64,000 bases of DNA from positions 30,380,001 to 30,444,000 of the forward strand of contig NC_043007.1 of NCBI RefSeq assembly GCF_006345805.1, given 5' to 3'. A model generated the notes under the pieces. The model made no database searches. It saw nothing but the letters and a program-made list of their open reading frames with translations, and was not told the DNA's origin. Made by a program: the position numbers and the translations under genes. The DNA comes from Octopus sinensis (taxonomy: Eukaryota). Of the stretch, positions 13,044-26,680 are shown piece by piece (positions within the stretch are counted from its first letter, which is position 1; each line of letters opens with the position of its first letter).

Positions 13044-13440
13044 ACTTCTCTCTATCGACCTATCCATCTACGTAAAAATTTTAAATCTTTGAATCTTCAA
13101 AAAATTTGAAATTTTATAACTTCATCACTCTGAAACCTACAAAAGTTTTCGATATTCTTTGAGAATTTTAAAGTATTTTTGAAATTCTATGAATTCTTAT
13201 ACAGAAACCTTTCCTTTGAGTAATTTTTAAGCCTATGAAGTTCATTTAGCTATAGAACACATTTCACTCTTCTAATTTTTCACACTGTTTCAACATTTTC
13301 CCTTGTTTTGTTCTTAAGAACTGTTAACTCCTTTTAACTTGTCTTAACTGAACTTGTCTTAACTGCCCTGGTTTATTCAGTTACAACATATCCTCCTCCT
13401 CCTCCTCACGGCGTTTCCCCATTATACTTCTTTCTATGCA
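12160..13440. repeat. Old imperfect inverted repeat (arms about 12160-12530 and 13070-13440)
   Basis: Colinear shared blocks gtgtgaaaa, agagtgaaat, gcttaaaaa, tactcRaagga, aaattctcaaa, gtgatgaagttataaa in opposite orientation. Confidence 0.6.
12817..12861 (+). ncRNA. Hammerhead-like motif with core substitution
   Basis: GGACCA-CUGAUGC-G-GUCAC-AGGAGU-GUGAC-GAAAG-AA-CUC-UGGCC; A9 replaced by C. Confidence 0.45.
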
Positions 13441-13636
13441 AGAAATAAAATGCATATGAGTATCATAGAATGTATTGGAATGCATAACAGAGACTTGATG
13501 AGGGTAAAAGGCGTGTTAGTAGATAGGAAATTTTAATTCCAAAATGCTCCAGTACGCTCGGTTCCCAATTACTGTTTGTATACAGAATACATAGTCGCCT
13601 TCACACAATATTTTATCTATCTGTCTATCTACATAC

Positions 13637-13683
<47 letters not shown>

Positions 13684-13717
13684 CTTCTCAGTCTGTCTGT
13701 CTAGCTATCTACCTCTC

Positions 13718-13769
<52 letters not shown>

Positions 13770-14582
13770 CTGCATTTGCTCTGTGGCCGACATTAATGTT
13801 CTTGGCCTGTTAATAAGAACTTTTACATGCTCTGGGAGCAGATTTTAAAAGTGAAGATTATCTCTTAACACTTCACTAAGGGATTTGTTAATGCTGTAGA
13901 CAAGCCAAGTTTATCTCATTCACTATAATCATCTTTCAGTCTAATTTCGTAACCAAATCACTTTGGTAAATCTAATTGTGCCAATATCGACTGAGTTAAG
14001 CCATTATTTTGTTGTCTTGAGTTTTCAGTGGAAACTCTTTCATCGTTTTTTGTCTTTTCAGTATCTTAAGAAATATCTTGAGTTCACAAGAATCTGAGTT
14101 TATATTTATATATTCGTGACATCCTCGCAAAAAAGCTTTATTTACCGAGAGTTTGATAAATGGAGATTATAGATTTATCATTTTCATCATTCTTAATCTC
14201 TCCATCTTTATCATTCTTACTCTTTTCTTCTTTGTCTGACAACAAATGTTTTCAAAAGAAGAAGAAGAAAAGGAGAAATTCAGTGTCATAATTGCTCGAG
14301 TTCTGAAGTAAAAATCAAAAGTGTGACCAATCGAAACATTCCTAAATCGTTTTTCGTTGCAAGGCGAGTCTGTTTGCTTTCGACATTCTGCATATTAAAT
14401 GCATTGATGATAAAATAGTTTATGTATGTTTTATATGATGAGATTCGTTATAGACAATTTGAATATATTACTGGGATAGTGACTCATGTCGCGTTGAACG
14501 ATTTTACTATAAATAGAGCTTCGAGCGATCGTCTTCAGCTTTTCATCGCCACCCGTTGTACAAACATTATTACACTAGACTG

Positions 14583-14780
14583 AGGTAGCTAGCAGGCAGA
14601 ATCGTTAGAGCACCGGACAAAATGCTTAGTGGCACCTTATTCTGGCTTTTTATAATCTGAGTTCAAATGTCGCAGAGGTAGACTTTGTCATTCATTCTTT
14701 CGGAAGCGATAAAATAAGTACCAGTTGTGCACTGCGGTCGACGTAATTGACGTCCTCATTCCTTAAAAAGTTACTGGCTT
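14583..14780 (+). mobile_element. SINE family B, diverged
   Basis: gcagaatcgttagagcaccgg head and cattcattctttcggaagcgataaaataagtaccag central block. Confidence 0.65.
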
Positions 14781-16167
14781 TATGTAAAAAAAACAAAAAC
14801 GATTGAAAAATTGCGGAATTTTTTGTAATGGAGCAAAAAGGAGAATAAAGTGTAACAAGTGAGTTAACTAAGAGAAATAAAAGCCTTGTTTTGTATCCCT
14901 ACAACCCTGGGTTAAAATGGAATACATTTGAGAATTAATTTAAGAATGCTGGCTGTTAATCGGTAATTAGAGATCGCCGTTAATTTGTTAATCTTGCTGT
15001 GTTCGAATTTCCCACAGACTTGCGGGAATTTCGTACGTGCATACTCTGTCAATTTAGTCGTGCCCATGCATATTTGTGTGTGTGTGTGTGTACTTGTATG
15101 TATGTCCGTGTATGTTCATGTATGTAGGTACGGATGTATGTGTGTGTAGAGAAAATATTTGCATGAATGGTTAAAATATGAAGTTGTGATTCCCAAACAA
15201 TGTGCTTCTTTCTACAGCATTCGCTATTTCAAAGAATTTAATAATATATTTACAAGTAAATATTTCAAATTCCAGGCAATTGTGCGACAAATTTTGATTT
15301 ATTCCTTCGATATCTTTTCCCGTTTTTTTAAAGTCCACGCCTTCAGAAATACACATTCCATAATGGCTAATCCCTTTTCTCCATTGTTTCTTATCCGTGA
15401 CAAGATCAGAAGTTCCATTAAATCTAAATTTGTTTCCCATTATCTAGGAAAATGATGGCTTTGGTTAAGCACCGCCACCGCACGCACCACCACCACCACC
15501 ACCACCACCACCACTAACACAGTAAGGCCTTGTGTTTTGACTTTTAGTATTCAAGCACGTGACGAATGCTATATTTGGTTCTTCCAAAAATATACAGTTA
15601 CAACTCATAATTTGGAACGTAAAATATTATCAAAGGAGTAAATCTTCGCTTTTGCAATTAATTATGTGTGTCACGTGACAATGACCTCCAGTTCCCAAGT
15701 CGTAAAGAGTTCAATGTGTTCATCTTTTCCGTTAGTATTTTTGTCATATTCCAGGGATCTTCTTCACGGAACACTTCAGTGTACAAAATCGAGAAACACT
15801 GTCAATCAATTTATCATTCGTAGATTCTGAAATGAAGGGAAACGCCTTCTCAGATCAGATCCATTGAGAATAACCCCGGAATTCATATTGTTGTTATTTA
15901 GACCTAAGTCACCACTAAAATAACGTGGTTTTGAGTTCGATCCCAGTGAGCGGCATCATCGGAAAATATATTCGACCAAATTTCCAGTTGACTAGAATCT
16001 TTTAAGTGAAACTTAATGAAATTTAATTGATGGAAAGTAGTGTAGCGAAGTGTCAGGTGTCAGCGGGATCGTTCGTGGACACTAAACTTGCAAAACGGTC
16101 CGTGGGTGTGTTTAGTAGATTCTAACGAAATGGATTAGAAATTACATGGATTTGAGGTTAGGGATTT

Positions 16168-16425
16168 GCAGTAACGATGGTTAGAGAGTGGTTTCCATTC
16201 ATCGACCGAGCGATGTGTTGTATCCTTGAGCCAAACATTTCGTTTCTTCTTGCACTAATCCACTCAGTTGTAAATAAACAACCCATGCAACGAACTGGCC
16301 CCCCGTTCAGTCGGGTGTTGGGATCACGGTCGCTTAGATACCATGGACACTGGGGAAACGACCCTCGACCTTACTGTCCCCGAATTACGAAACAGTAAGG
16401 TCTAGCGGGTTTATGATGATGATGA
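16168..16425 (+). mobile_element. Diverged tRNA-derived SINE (third type) ending in (GAT)n
   Basis: tggttagag head, tgttgtatccttgagc...ccactcagttgtaaat block resembling 26681-27006, short GAT tail. Confidence 0.4.
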
Positions 16426-16695
16426 ATCTGTTGGAATCAGACCAGCTCCCGAGTATGAGGCTAACCCCCTACATTTCTATGTCTAGTCTAGAAACCCTCT
16501 GAGAGGTCAGTTCTGTCATCCTTCTTACTCTGACAAAGACATACAAAAATATATATATATTTTTTATTTCTTCAAAAAGAATAAGAACATTCAGTGTTCT
16601 CTAAACAAAAGACAAAATAATCTGGCGGCATTGGTTGTCGTATAAGAATAGACATAGTTTCCAAATGGGAATGACACATAACAGTTTCTTCAAGA

Positions 16696-16728
<33 letters not shown>

Positions 16729-17317
16729 TTGTGAAATACTGGAATCTGACAGTTATAGTTCATTTAATCTCTCACATATCAGATCACTGAGTTCAGTTCG
16801 TGCACGAAGAACAATAAACTTCAAGACTTATATAGATTTCACATACGCACACTCACACACAGCACGCGTACACACACACCCATTGTTACATGGCTCTGTA
16901 TGTGTGTGTGAGTATATATATATGTGTGTGTGTGAGTGTGTGTTCGTTTGTATGTCAAGTTTTATAAAATAACAATTTAACATCAAACTGAAGGATTGTA
17001 CATTACTTTTTGCTAGAGAACATGCAAAGAAACTTTTACTAGAAGGGTGAAAGTGATTTCGAAGTTTTGGTTCGCTAACATTCATCATGTGACTGCGCAT
17101 ATGTATATATGTGTGTATATTTTCTGCTTCACTGAGCAAGAATTTGGAAAAAATAACCTCGTCAACAACGCCACTGTCAGCACCACCGCCATCATAGTCG
17201 TGGCGGTGGCTTTGATGGTCATCGCCATTACTTGTAGTAGCAACAGCAGCAGCCACAACAACAGCTGTACAGGAACATCGACGTAACAACCACCACCACC
17301 ATCATCATCATCATAAA

Positions 17318-17552
17318 GAATATTTGTTTCTTTACTACCCACAAGGGGCTAAACACAGACGGAACAAACAAGGACAGACAAACGGATTAAGTCGCCTATA
17401 TCGACCCCAGTGCGTAACTGGTACTTAATTTATCGACTCCGAAAGGATGAAAGGCAAAGTCGACCTCGGCGGAATTTGAACTCACAACGTAACGCAGACG
17501 AAATACGGCTACGCATTTCGCCCGGCGTGCTAACGTTTCTGCCAGCTCGCCG
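17318..17552 (-). mobile_element. SINE family B, full length
   Basis: Reverse complement of ggcgagctggcagaaacgttagc...gcctttcatcctttcggRgtcgataaattaagtaccag...gggtagtaaagaaa. Central block resembles the Meta-SINE domain (from memory). Confidence 0.9.
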
Positions 17553-17772
17553 ACTTCCATCATCATAAACAACATCAATTACAACAACAACTGCTACTGC
17601 TGCTGCTAGTGCCGCTGCTGCTATGGCGATTCAAAAACTGACCGTGCAGCCATTATCTTTCGCAAATATAAACAGTTGTATTTAACGTAAAGTGAGCTGA
17701 ACTTTAACACACAGTTGTCTTGTTTGACTAAGTATCTGGCGAATTGTTAGTTGTTAACACTTTAATATATAT

Positions 17773-17805
<33 letters not shown>

Positions 17806-18622
17806 GCGTGTGTGTGTGTGTTGCGTGTTGGTGCATCAATAAATCTCTCAATGAATGCCCTTCGAGTATAATCTACACATATTTCACGCTTCTTTCTGTT
17901 CTACGAGATATCACAGGGAATAAATATTTCAATAGTTCTACGCCAATAAACATCAGTACGATCGATAGCAATTGAGTGCTCTGTGTAGAAAGTGGCAATA
18001 ACATTACATCCGAGGAAAGCCTTAAACGGAAAAACAGAAAGAATGAAAGAAGGAAAGGAAAATGCCTGGAATTCGCAGAAATCAAATATCGACCATAAAA
18101 TATGCCGAAATACAAAAAAGAACACTCAATAAAATTTTCAAAGTTCATTTGCTGGCCTGTTGATTAGAATTACTCGCTGGAATCCTATATTCATCACGTG
18201 TTTGATTTCTTTGTTTAACTGAGGCGTTTGGAATCTCTCACTCGAATTGCTTCTTTGAAACTCTCGGAGAGATTTTGCGTGGTTTTACTCCAGGTTTCAA
18301 AACTATATTTAACAGAACAAGTCAACGAGATTCTTTTAGTTAAATAATAACTGAATATATTATTGCGACTAGAAGTGAAATAACTTGACGAAATAGCCAT
18401 GGATGTTATTTTCTTTTTTAATTTGCTGTGGAATTGAAATTAATCATGTAAATAAAAGCATTGTTTATATACTTGAGATTGTTTTCCATAAATTAATTGA
18501 ATTCAAAGAAAATTTATTATAATAAAATATTACGTAATAAGGAATATGCAATTATATATTGATCTTGCAGTTCCAACAGAATCAAATTCTAACGAATGAT
18601 ATGTGTATTAAATATTGCATAT

Positions 18623-19014
18623 ATTTCTTTATTGCCTACAGGGGCCTAAACTGAGGGGGCAGACAAAGGGATTAAGTCGATTATATTGACCCCAGTAAGC
18701 AACTGGTACTTAATTTATCGACCCCGAAAGGATGAAAGGCAAACTCGGAATTTGAACTCAGAACATAACGGCAGCCGAAATACCTATTTCTTTACTACCC
18801 ACAAGGGGCTAAACACAAAGAGGACAAACAAGGACAGACAAACGGATTAAGTCGATTATATCGACCCCAGTGCGTAACTGGTACTTATTTAATCGACCCC
18901 GAAAGGATTAAAGGCAAAGTCGACCCCGGCGGAATTGGAACTCAGAACATAACGGCAGCAGAAATAACGCAAAGCATTTCGCCCGGCGTGCTAACATTTC
19001 TGCCAGCTCGCCGC
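18623..19014 (-). mobile_element. SINE family B head-to-tail dimer
   Basis: Two units joined at aaagaaataggtatttcg (about 18775-18795); same junction at 41605-41630. Confidence 0.85.
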
Positions 19015-19245
19015 TTTATTAAATAATGTATAGGTTGTTATTGTTGTTTTTTCTATAATTAATTGCACAGGCAACAATTAGATTTATATGCAATAAAAAT
19101 GGAAATCATCCTTTCTTTATTAAACAGCTCCTCTTTATATTTTATTCGTTCCGTGGAATTTCCACGGCTCCCGCTAGTATACGTGTATCATTTCTCTTTC
19201 ATGTTTCGTTCATTAGAGTGTAGCGTTGCTGGGGAATCACTTTGA

Positions 19246-19572
19246 AGAATTTTAGGCGAACGGATTGATCACTAGTACTTATTAAAAGAAAAAAACTTGT
19301 ATATATTCTATCAATCGCTTTTGCCGATTCGTTAAGTTACACGGATGTAAACAGGGCAAAACCACATGTCAAGCGATGTTGGGGTGGGGTGAGGCAAACA
19401 CTGACACACACATACACACATGTACGGTAAGCTTCTGTCTCTTTTCGTCTCACAAAGATTTCGTCGGCCCGACGCTGTAGCAGGAAGCATATGTCCAATG
19501 TGCCACGCATTAGGAATGAAACCGGGGCCATTTGTTTAGAAGGCAAACTCTTTACCGAACCGACACACGCCT
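19246..19572 (-). mobile_element. SINE family A, diverged
   Basis: ctagtacttatt, cgttaagttac, tcggcccga and head remnants in family order. Confidence 0.65.
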
Positions 19573-19574
19573 GT

Positions 19575-19673
19575 GATTGTCTGTCTGTCTAATCTATATA
19601 TCTACTCTGTCTGTCTATTTATCTATCTATCTATCTATCTGTCTATTTATCTACTCTATCTGTCTGTCTATTC

Positions 19674-19709
<36 letters not shown>

Positions 19710-19830
19710 GTCAATCTATTTATCTGTCTGTCTATCTATTTATCTATCTATCTGTCAATCTATTTATCTGTCTATCTGTCTATCTATTTATCTGTCTGTC
19801 TATCTATCTATCTATCTAGCTATATCTACA
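19575..19830. repeat. (TATC)n compound microsatellite
   Basis: Direct reading. Confidence 0.95.
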
Positions 19831-21074
19831 TGTTAAACACAAATAGCAAACACTCGTTAAAGCTTTGATACCACGACATAATGCCATGCATTTGATGTAG
19901 CATAATAATCGTTTTTACAACTTGCCAACATTTATTTAACAATTCATTCACTTTTAAAAGTAATCACACACGTACACACACAAATACATTTCCATGTATA
20001 CATATACATCATGTATGCGTATATGTTTATATACATATTTATATGAACATATACATATGCGCGTATGTACGTTTGTGACTATATACAGTATTCCTCTATA
20101 CAAACGTATGCATGCAAAAGTATACGACAGAATTTCAAAGGGAAATAAGAAACTCCAGCAACAAATGGATTGATTTCCTCTTGTTTTACATTGTTTTCAT
20201 GTTCTTTCTTGAAAATATGTCAATTATAGTTGTTTGCAAAGAAACACCAATCACAGGAACCAACCATTTTCTATGACAATGAATGTATGTGGAAGGTTTT
20301 TCAATGAAAACTAAAAAACATAGAGATCTCCAAGCGGGAGTTTTGTGAAATATTTATCCATTTGCTTTCTCAACGGTAAAACAAACAAAAAGGGCTTTTA
20401 GTTAACTTAAGTGTACACAAAAGAGATTTCAAATGAATATAGACGCATATGCGCGTGTAGGTTTGTATGAATTTTTCATATGTTGCGAACACAATTTACA
20501 TTCAGCGTGTGCAGAGAAAAACGCAATGAAGCAACGTGCGAAAACACGCATCCATGAATATGCACACACACATACGTGCGGTCTTAACACACACACATAC
20601 ACACACATATATGGTTCTGTGTGTGTGAGTATGTATATGTGTATGTGTCTGTGTATGTAGTATATATGTATAAATATATATATATTTAAAAATATATGTG
20701 TAGATATATATGTATGTGTATATATGGATCTATATTTATATATGCATGTAAATATATATGTATGTATATATATATATATGTTTGTAAATCTAATAAACAT
20801 ACGACGTAAAAACACCTATACAGTTAGGCATATTTATTGCACACATAACATTATATGCATTTGTGTTTGTGTGTGTGCGCGCGTGGATTTTTGTAAGTGT
20901 GTGTGTGTGTGTGTGTGTATGTGTGTGTGCGTGCGCGTGGAGTTTGTAAGTGTGAGTGTATCACAGAAGGCAGAAAGGTGTTTAACGCCAATAACAGGTG
21001 AGGAGGTAGGAAAATTCAAGCTTTATGAGATGGTGGTTTGATTCGTGATGTAATTGGTGGAATATGCACGAATA

Positions 21075-21210
21075 TATACACACATCTATCTATCTATCTA
21101 TATCTATATCTAATATATATATATATATATATATAGAGAATATATATATATATATATCTATATATATATCTGATATATATATATATATCTATATATAATA
21201 TATATAGATC

Positions 21211-21242
<32 letters not shown>

Positions 21243-21379
21243 ATATATATCTATATATTATCTCTATATATAATATATATAATCTATATATATATCATAT
21301 ATATATATCTATATATATATATATATATATCTATATAATATATATATATAATATATATCTAATATCTATATATATAGTC

Positions 21380-21415
<36 letters not shown>

Positions 21416-21485
21416 ATATAATATATATATATAATCTATATATAGCTCATATATATATATATATATATATATCTATATATATATA

Positions 21486-21539
<54 letters not shown>

Positions 21540-22133
21540 TATCTATATATATATATATATATATATATACTATATATATCTATATTATATTATATATCAT
21601 ATATATAGTAGATCTATATATATATATATATCTATCTATATCGTATCTATATATATCTATATATATATCTATATATTCTATATATATATATCTATATATC
21701 TATATATATATCTATATCTATATATATCTATATAATCTATATATACTATATATCTAGATATATATCTATATCTCTATATATATATCTATATATATCTATC
21801 GATCTATCTATATGATAATATCCTATATATATATATATATATACTATATAGATATATATATATATCTATATATATATATATCATCTATTATATATATATA
21901 TATATCTATATATATATACTATATTATCTATATATATATATATATACTATATATATATATATATATCTATATATTATATCTAATATACTTATATATATCT
22001 ATATATATCTATATATATATCTATATATATATCTAATATATATATATATATACTATTATATATATATATATCTATATATATATATATATATCTATTATAT
22101 ATATATATATCTATATATATATATATATATATA

Positions 22134-22184
<51 letters not shown>

Positions 22185-23046
22185 ATATATTCTATATCAT
22201 ATATATCTATATAATATATATTATATATATCTATATATATATCTATATATATATATATCTACTATCTATATCTCTATATATCTATCTATATATTATCATA
22301 TCTATATATCTATATATATATCTTATATCTATCTCTTATATATATATCTATATCTATATTATATATTCTATATCTATCTATATATATATATCTATATCTC
22401 TCTATCTATATATATCTATATATATATATCTATATCTATCTATCTATATATATCTATATCTATCTATCTATATATATCTATATCTATCTATCTATATATA
22501 TCTATATCTATCTATCTATCTATATATATCTATATCTATCTATATATCTATATCTATCTATCTATCTATATATATCTATCTATCTATATATATCTATCTA
22601 TATCTATATATCTATATATATCTATCTATATCTATATATCTATATATATCTATCTATATCTATCTATCTATATATATCTATCTATATCTATCTATCTATA
22701 TATATCTATCTATATCTATCTATCTATCTATATCTATCTATATATATCTATCTATATATATCTATCTATCTATATATATCTATATCTATCTATCTATCTA
22801 TATATATCTATATCTATCTATCTATCTATATATATCTATATCTATCTATCTATATATATCTATATCTATCTATCTATCTATATATATCTATATCTATCTA
22901 TCTATCTATATATATCTATATCTATCTATCTATCTATATATATCTATATCTATCTATCTATCTATATATATCTATATCTATCTATCTATATATATCTATA
23001 TCTATCTATCTATATATATCTAATCTATCTATCTATTAGTATATAT

Positions 23047-23101
<55 letters not shown>

Positions 23102-23110
23102 TATATTATA
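21075..23110. repeat. About 2-kb (TA)n/(TATC)n simple-repeat array
   Basis: Direct reading; 3' part shows higher-order units. Confidence 0.97.
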
Positions 23111-23417
23111 TGCTTATGTGATTGATTGATTTAGAAGTTACGACAGAGGTAATTAATAGTCTTTAACGGTTTACAGTCGAAGTAGAAAAATTTACAAATC
23201 CCAGTGTTATAACTTTAAGTTCGGCAGTATTTTGGATAGAAAAATGGAAAGCTGTTGAGATGATTCGGGTTCGTGTCCCATGGGCAGCTTTCACCCTTTT
23301 CAAACTAAAGGGCTGTTTGAAACTAATATTTACACCTTATTTTTTATAGCTCTATCTACTTCGAATTCAACTTTATACAGCAAAATTATATGTATGTTTG
23401 TGCGTGTATGTGAATAA

Positions 23418-23676
23418 CTGGCTCTCCGTCGGTTTTCACGATGAGCGTTCCACTTGATCGGATCAACGGAACAGCCTACTAGTGATATTTAACGTGCAAG
23501 TGGTTGGGTGCACCTCAACTCGTTGGAATGTAATACGTACGACTTGTTTTGTGCCAGGTGATTGCAGGGGAGTAACGTGATATGAAGTGCCTTGCGCAAG
23601 GAGATAATTGCCGACAGGAATCGAACTCACGGACTTATTATCGTGAGTCGAATACTCGAACCACTAACACCCGGCT
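23418..23676 (-). mobile_element. tRNA-headed SINE family D, diverged
   Basis: Shares tccgtcg...gatcaacggaacag...aacRtgcaagtgg...ggaatcgaactc with 43103-43356. Confidence 0.6.
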
Positions 23677-23862
23677 TAGTCCGGATACATATTGATCAGA
23701 CCTCCTATGTTTCTGTCCATCAGTCTGGGTCTCATCAGGTACATCGACAAAAACATGTCTCACTACAGACTTTTAGTGTCGGCTGAGTTGTTATATGCCC
23801 AAGGTGACGGAATGAATAAAGGCAAATAATATGACAGGAAGGCAAAAACTTTAAAAATTCAC

Positions 23863-23923
23863 ACAGTGGGACTGAACCCCTGGACCATGTGGTTAGGAAG
23901 CAAATTTCTTACCACACAGCCAC
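23863..23923 (-). mobile_element. SINE family A head fragment
   Basis: cacagtgggactgaacc...cttaccacacagccac. Confidence 0.75.
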
Positions 23924-24425
23924 AGAGAGAGAAAGAGAGGGGGTGAGATAGGGAGGGAGAGAGGGAGATGTGAAGTGGGAGAGAGAGAGAGATTAACATT
24001 AACGCTGAAAGTGATAGAAAAAGGCTGTACGAAAGAAAAGTTCCTATGGCAACATTAAACAGGAGGAGATCGACAAGTAAACAGAAACACCAGAACACCA
24101 AAAAAACACACAAAAAAATTCCTATTTTCTGCAACAGACAGAATAATATTCTGTTAAACAGAGCAGTAATGCAAGAGAAGGAAAGAGTGAGGAAAGAGAT
24201 GGCAGGAGAACTGAGAGAACGTCGGTAGATGTGCAAAACGTGATCCTAGAAGAGATGACACAATCGCCAGCAATTGGCTGCTGTTTCAGCGTTATTCACA
24301 TCGCCACCACTTTAGCATGTCTTTCGAACCGGAACAATCACTTCCGTTTCATCAAACTGTGTAAGCAACTGACATTTTGTTTTATTACTTCTCCACTTCT
24401 GTCGCTCTCTATTACTTCTCTCCAT

Positions 24426-24486
<61 letters not shown>

Positions 24487-24516
24487 TAGATAGATATACA
24501 CACTTTTCTGTCATTT

Positions 24517-24582
<66 letters not shown>

Positions 24583-24619
24583 CATGTATATATATTATAT
24601 ATATCTGTAAATATAACGT

Positions 24620-24807
24620 GTGACAATTAGTTGGTTGTCATAAAAAACATTCGGAGTTTCGGATACCGGGCTGAAGCCTGCTCCGGCATCTCATCAAGTT
24701 ATTAAGACCTAGCGTTTTGTCTTAATAATTGATGAGATGCCGGAGCAGACTTCAGTCCCGGTATCCGAAACTCCGAGTGTTTTTAATGACAACCAACTAA
24801 TTGTTAC
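24620..24807. repeat. Near-perfect 188-bp palindrome (89-bp arms, 10-nt loop)
   Basis: 24620-24708 is the reverse complement of 24719-24807 with few mismatches. Confidence 0.95.
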
Positions 24808-25761
24808 ATATGTTTATAGATAAATTCCTCTATTTTACATAATATCGAGATCGCATTCATCTTTTTGTTGTGGAGAGGTGGCTGCGGTCTTTCAAAATTA
24901 TTAGAAAACGGTGTATTTGTGTGTGCTTGTGTACAGGTTCTTTTGCGCATTCGTGTGTGAGTGTGTGTACGCGCGCGCGTTTGTGTGTGTGTCTGCATGT
25001 TTGTATAAACCCTGAATGTTCCTGAAACTTCATACTTTAAAAGTGTTTCATAAGAGGAAGATAAAATGTAGAGTCGCTGATTGGTTCGATTAGGTTGAAG
25101 TTATAAAATCGAAATGAAACGAAACGACATGAATTATAACGAATACACAGACTTCGCATGTGGAAACACTTCACATTAAAGTGACCATTAAATAGGAATT
25201 TTAGGATCTAAAACATGTTAAATTTCCCTATCTGCTTTTATAAATAAATATTCCTTAAATTCATAATGTTATATTTTTACGAAAACCGTTTACGAGTGTC
25301 TTCGCTAAATTGATTCTGAATCTATCTAATTAGAGCATTGTGGTGTAAACAGTGAGAGACAGGAAGTCATGTGACATCGTTAGAGGTAAATGTGTTATAA
25401 AAACCAAACATAAATTAAGATTTCATTCCTACCCACGGGGTTCTGCAATGATGGGGAACTTTGTAATTAGGGATAAAGTTGAAGCACACATTGAGGAAAG
25501 GTAGACACGAACATATAAACATATGCCTACGTATATAATAACATAAACACATACATACAATATGTATATGTGCGCATATATATGTGTGAATATAGGAGCA
25601 TATATATATAGATATGCATATATATATACATATATACACATACACACTTCTTACGAATGCATGAATATGTTTGTAAGTGTACTTGTGTATATATCTATAT
25701 TTATATATATATATATTACTGATGGAGGAAACGGAAGATAGATTAGCACTAGTCTTTATTC

Positions 25762-25845
25762 AGCACGACGATCGTTTCGACCCATCCTGAAATTACCCTT
25801 AGATCAAAGGGAAATATATCCTAATGGTGGATGACACCAGGTACT
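25762..25845 (-). ncRNA. Degenerate hammerhead-like motif with long stem II
   Basis: Minus strand AGUAC-CUGGUGU-CAUCC...GGAUG-GGUC-GAAAC-GAUC-GUC-GUGCU then AAUAAA; palindromic ACGAUCGU stem III. Confidence 0.45.
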
Positions 25846-26069
25846 CCAAACTGTGAATATGCTTTATCAAACTTATAATTCGCATAATTAACATATGTTC
25901 AGTGATCCCAAAATATATACATATATACACACACACAGACGCACATATATATATATATATATGGTGGCATGGATTTCCACCTCGACATCCGAAACTCGGA
26001 GTTTTATCATGGCTACCGAATAATCGTCTCATATTATATTTACAGATAAATTCCTCTATCTATATATAT

Positions 26070-26571
26070 AAAACTGTAGTTGTGTGAGTGTCTGTCCCCT
26101 TCGATTTAGATTCCTAACTACTCCCACATTTTGCGGTGCAGTTTAACCAAATTCGAGTATCTTATAGTCGTGATTCATATCGAGCCCGTCTGAGTATTAG
26201 CGCGCGTCTACGATGAGTCTACGATTTTAAAAATAATTTAACATAATTTTTTATTCCATTTTAATGCATAATTTTTCGTGTGTCGATGGCGGCGGAGTTG
26301 GCGTCCATGGTCACACCTGCACCTGTTTGCTTCTCCCCTTCTTCCCTCCCTCGTGAAGCTGTGCGGAAGGGAGTGCAAGGAAATCAACGTCGTAAAGCGT
26401 TATCAAGGAGACCAGCGTTCTTTTAGAACAACGACTTCATGGCTTGAAGACACCAAAACAGAAATGGCTAAGAAAGCCCGAATTGGCATCTATAAGGGAA
26501 GTAACTCTCTAAAAATGCTTATATAGTTATTTCCCTTACAACCCCGAGCAACGCCGGGCGATACTGCTAGT
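26070..26571 (-). mobile_element. Non-autonomous Helitron/HINE-like element
   Basis: First about 65 nt (actagcagtatcgcccggcgttgctcggg...catttttagagagtta) match the 6654 element; interior unrelated; analogous 3' end. Confidence 0.6.
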
Positions 26572-26680
26572 TTTATATAATATCGAGGTCTCTTTCATTC
26601 TTTTGTTATCTTACCATTTTGATCAGTACACACACACACACATATATATATATATCTATATATATATATATATATATATA

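Noticed and set aside
15159-15455. Overlapping 98-aa (+) and 89-aa (-) ORFs in non-repetitive DNA
   Set aside because: No recognisable motif or splice context.
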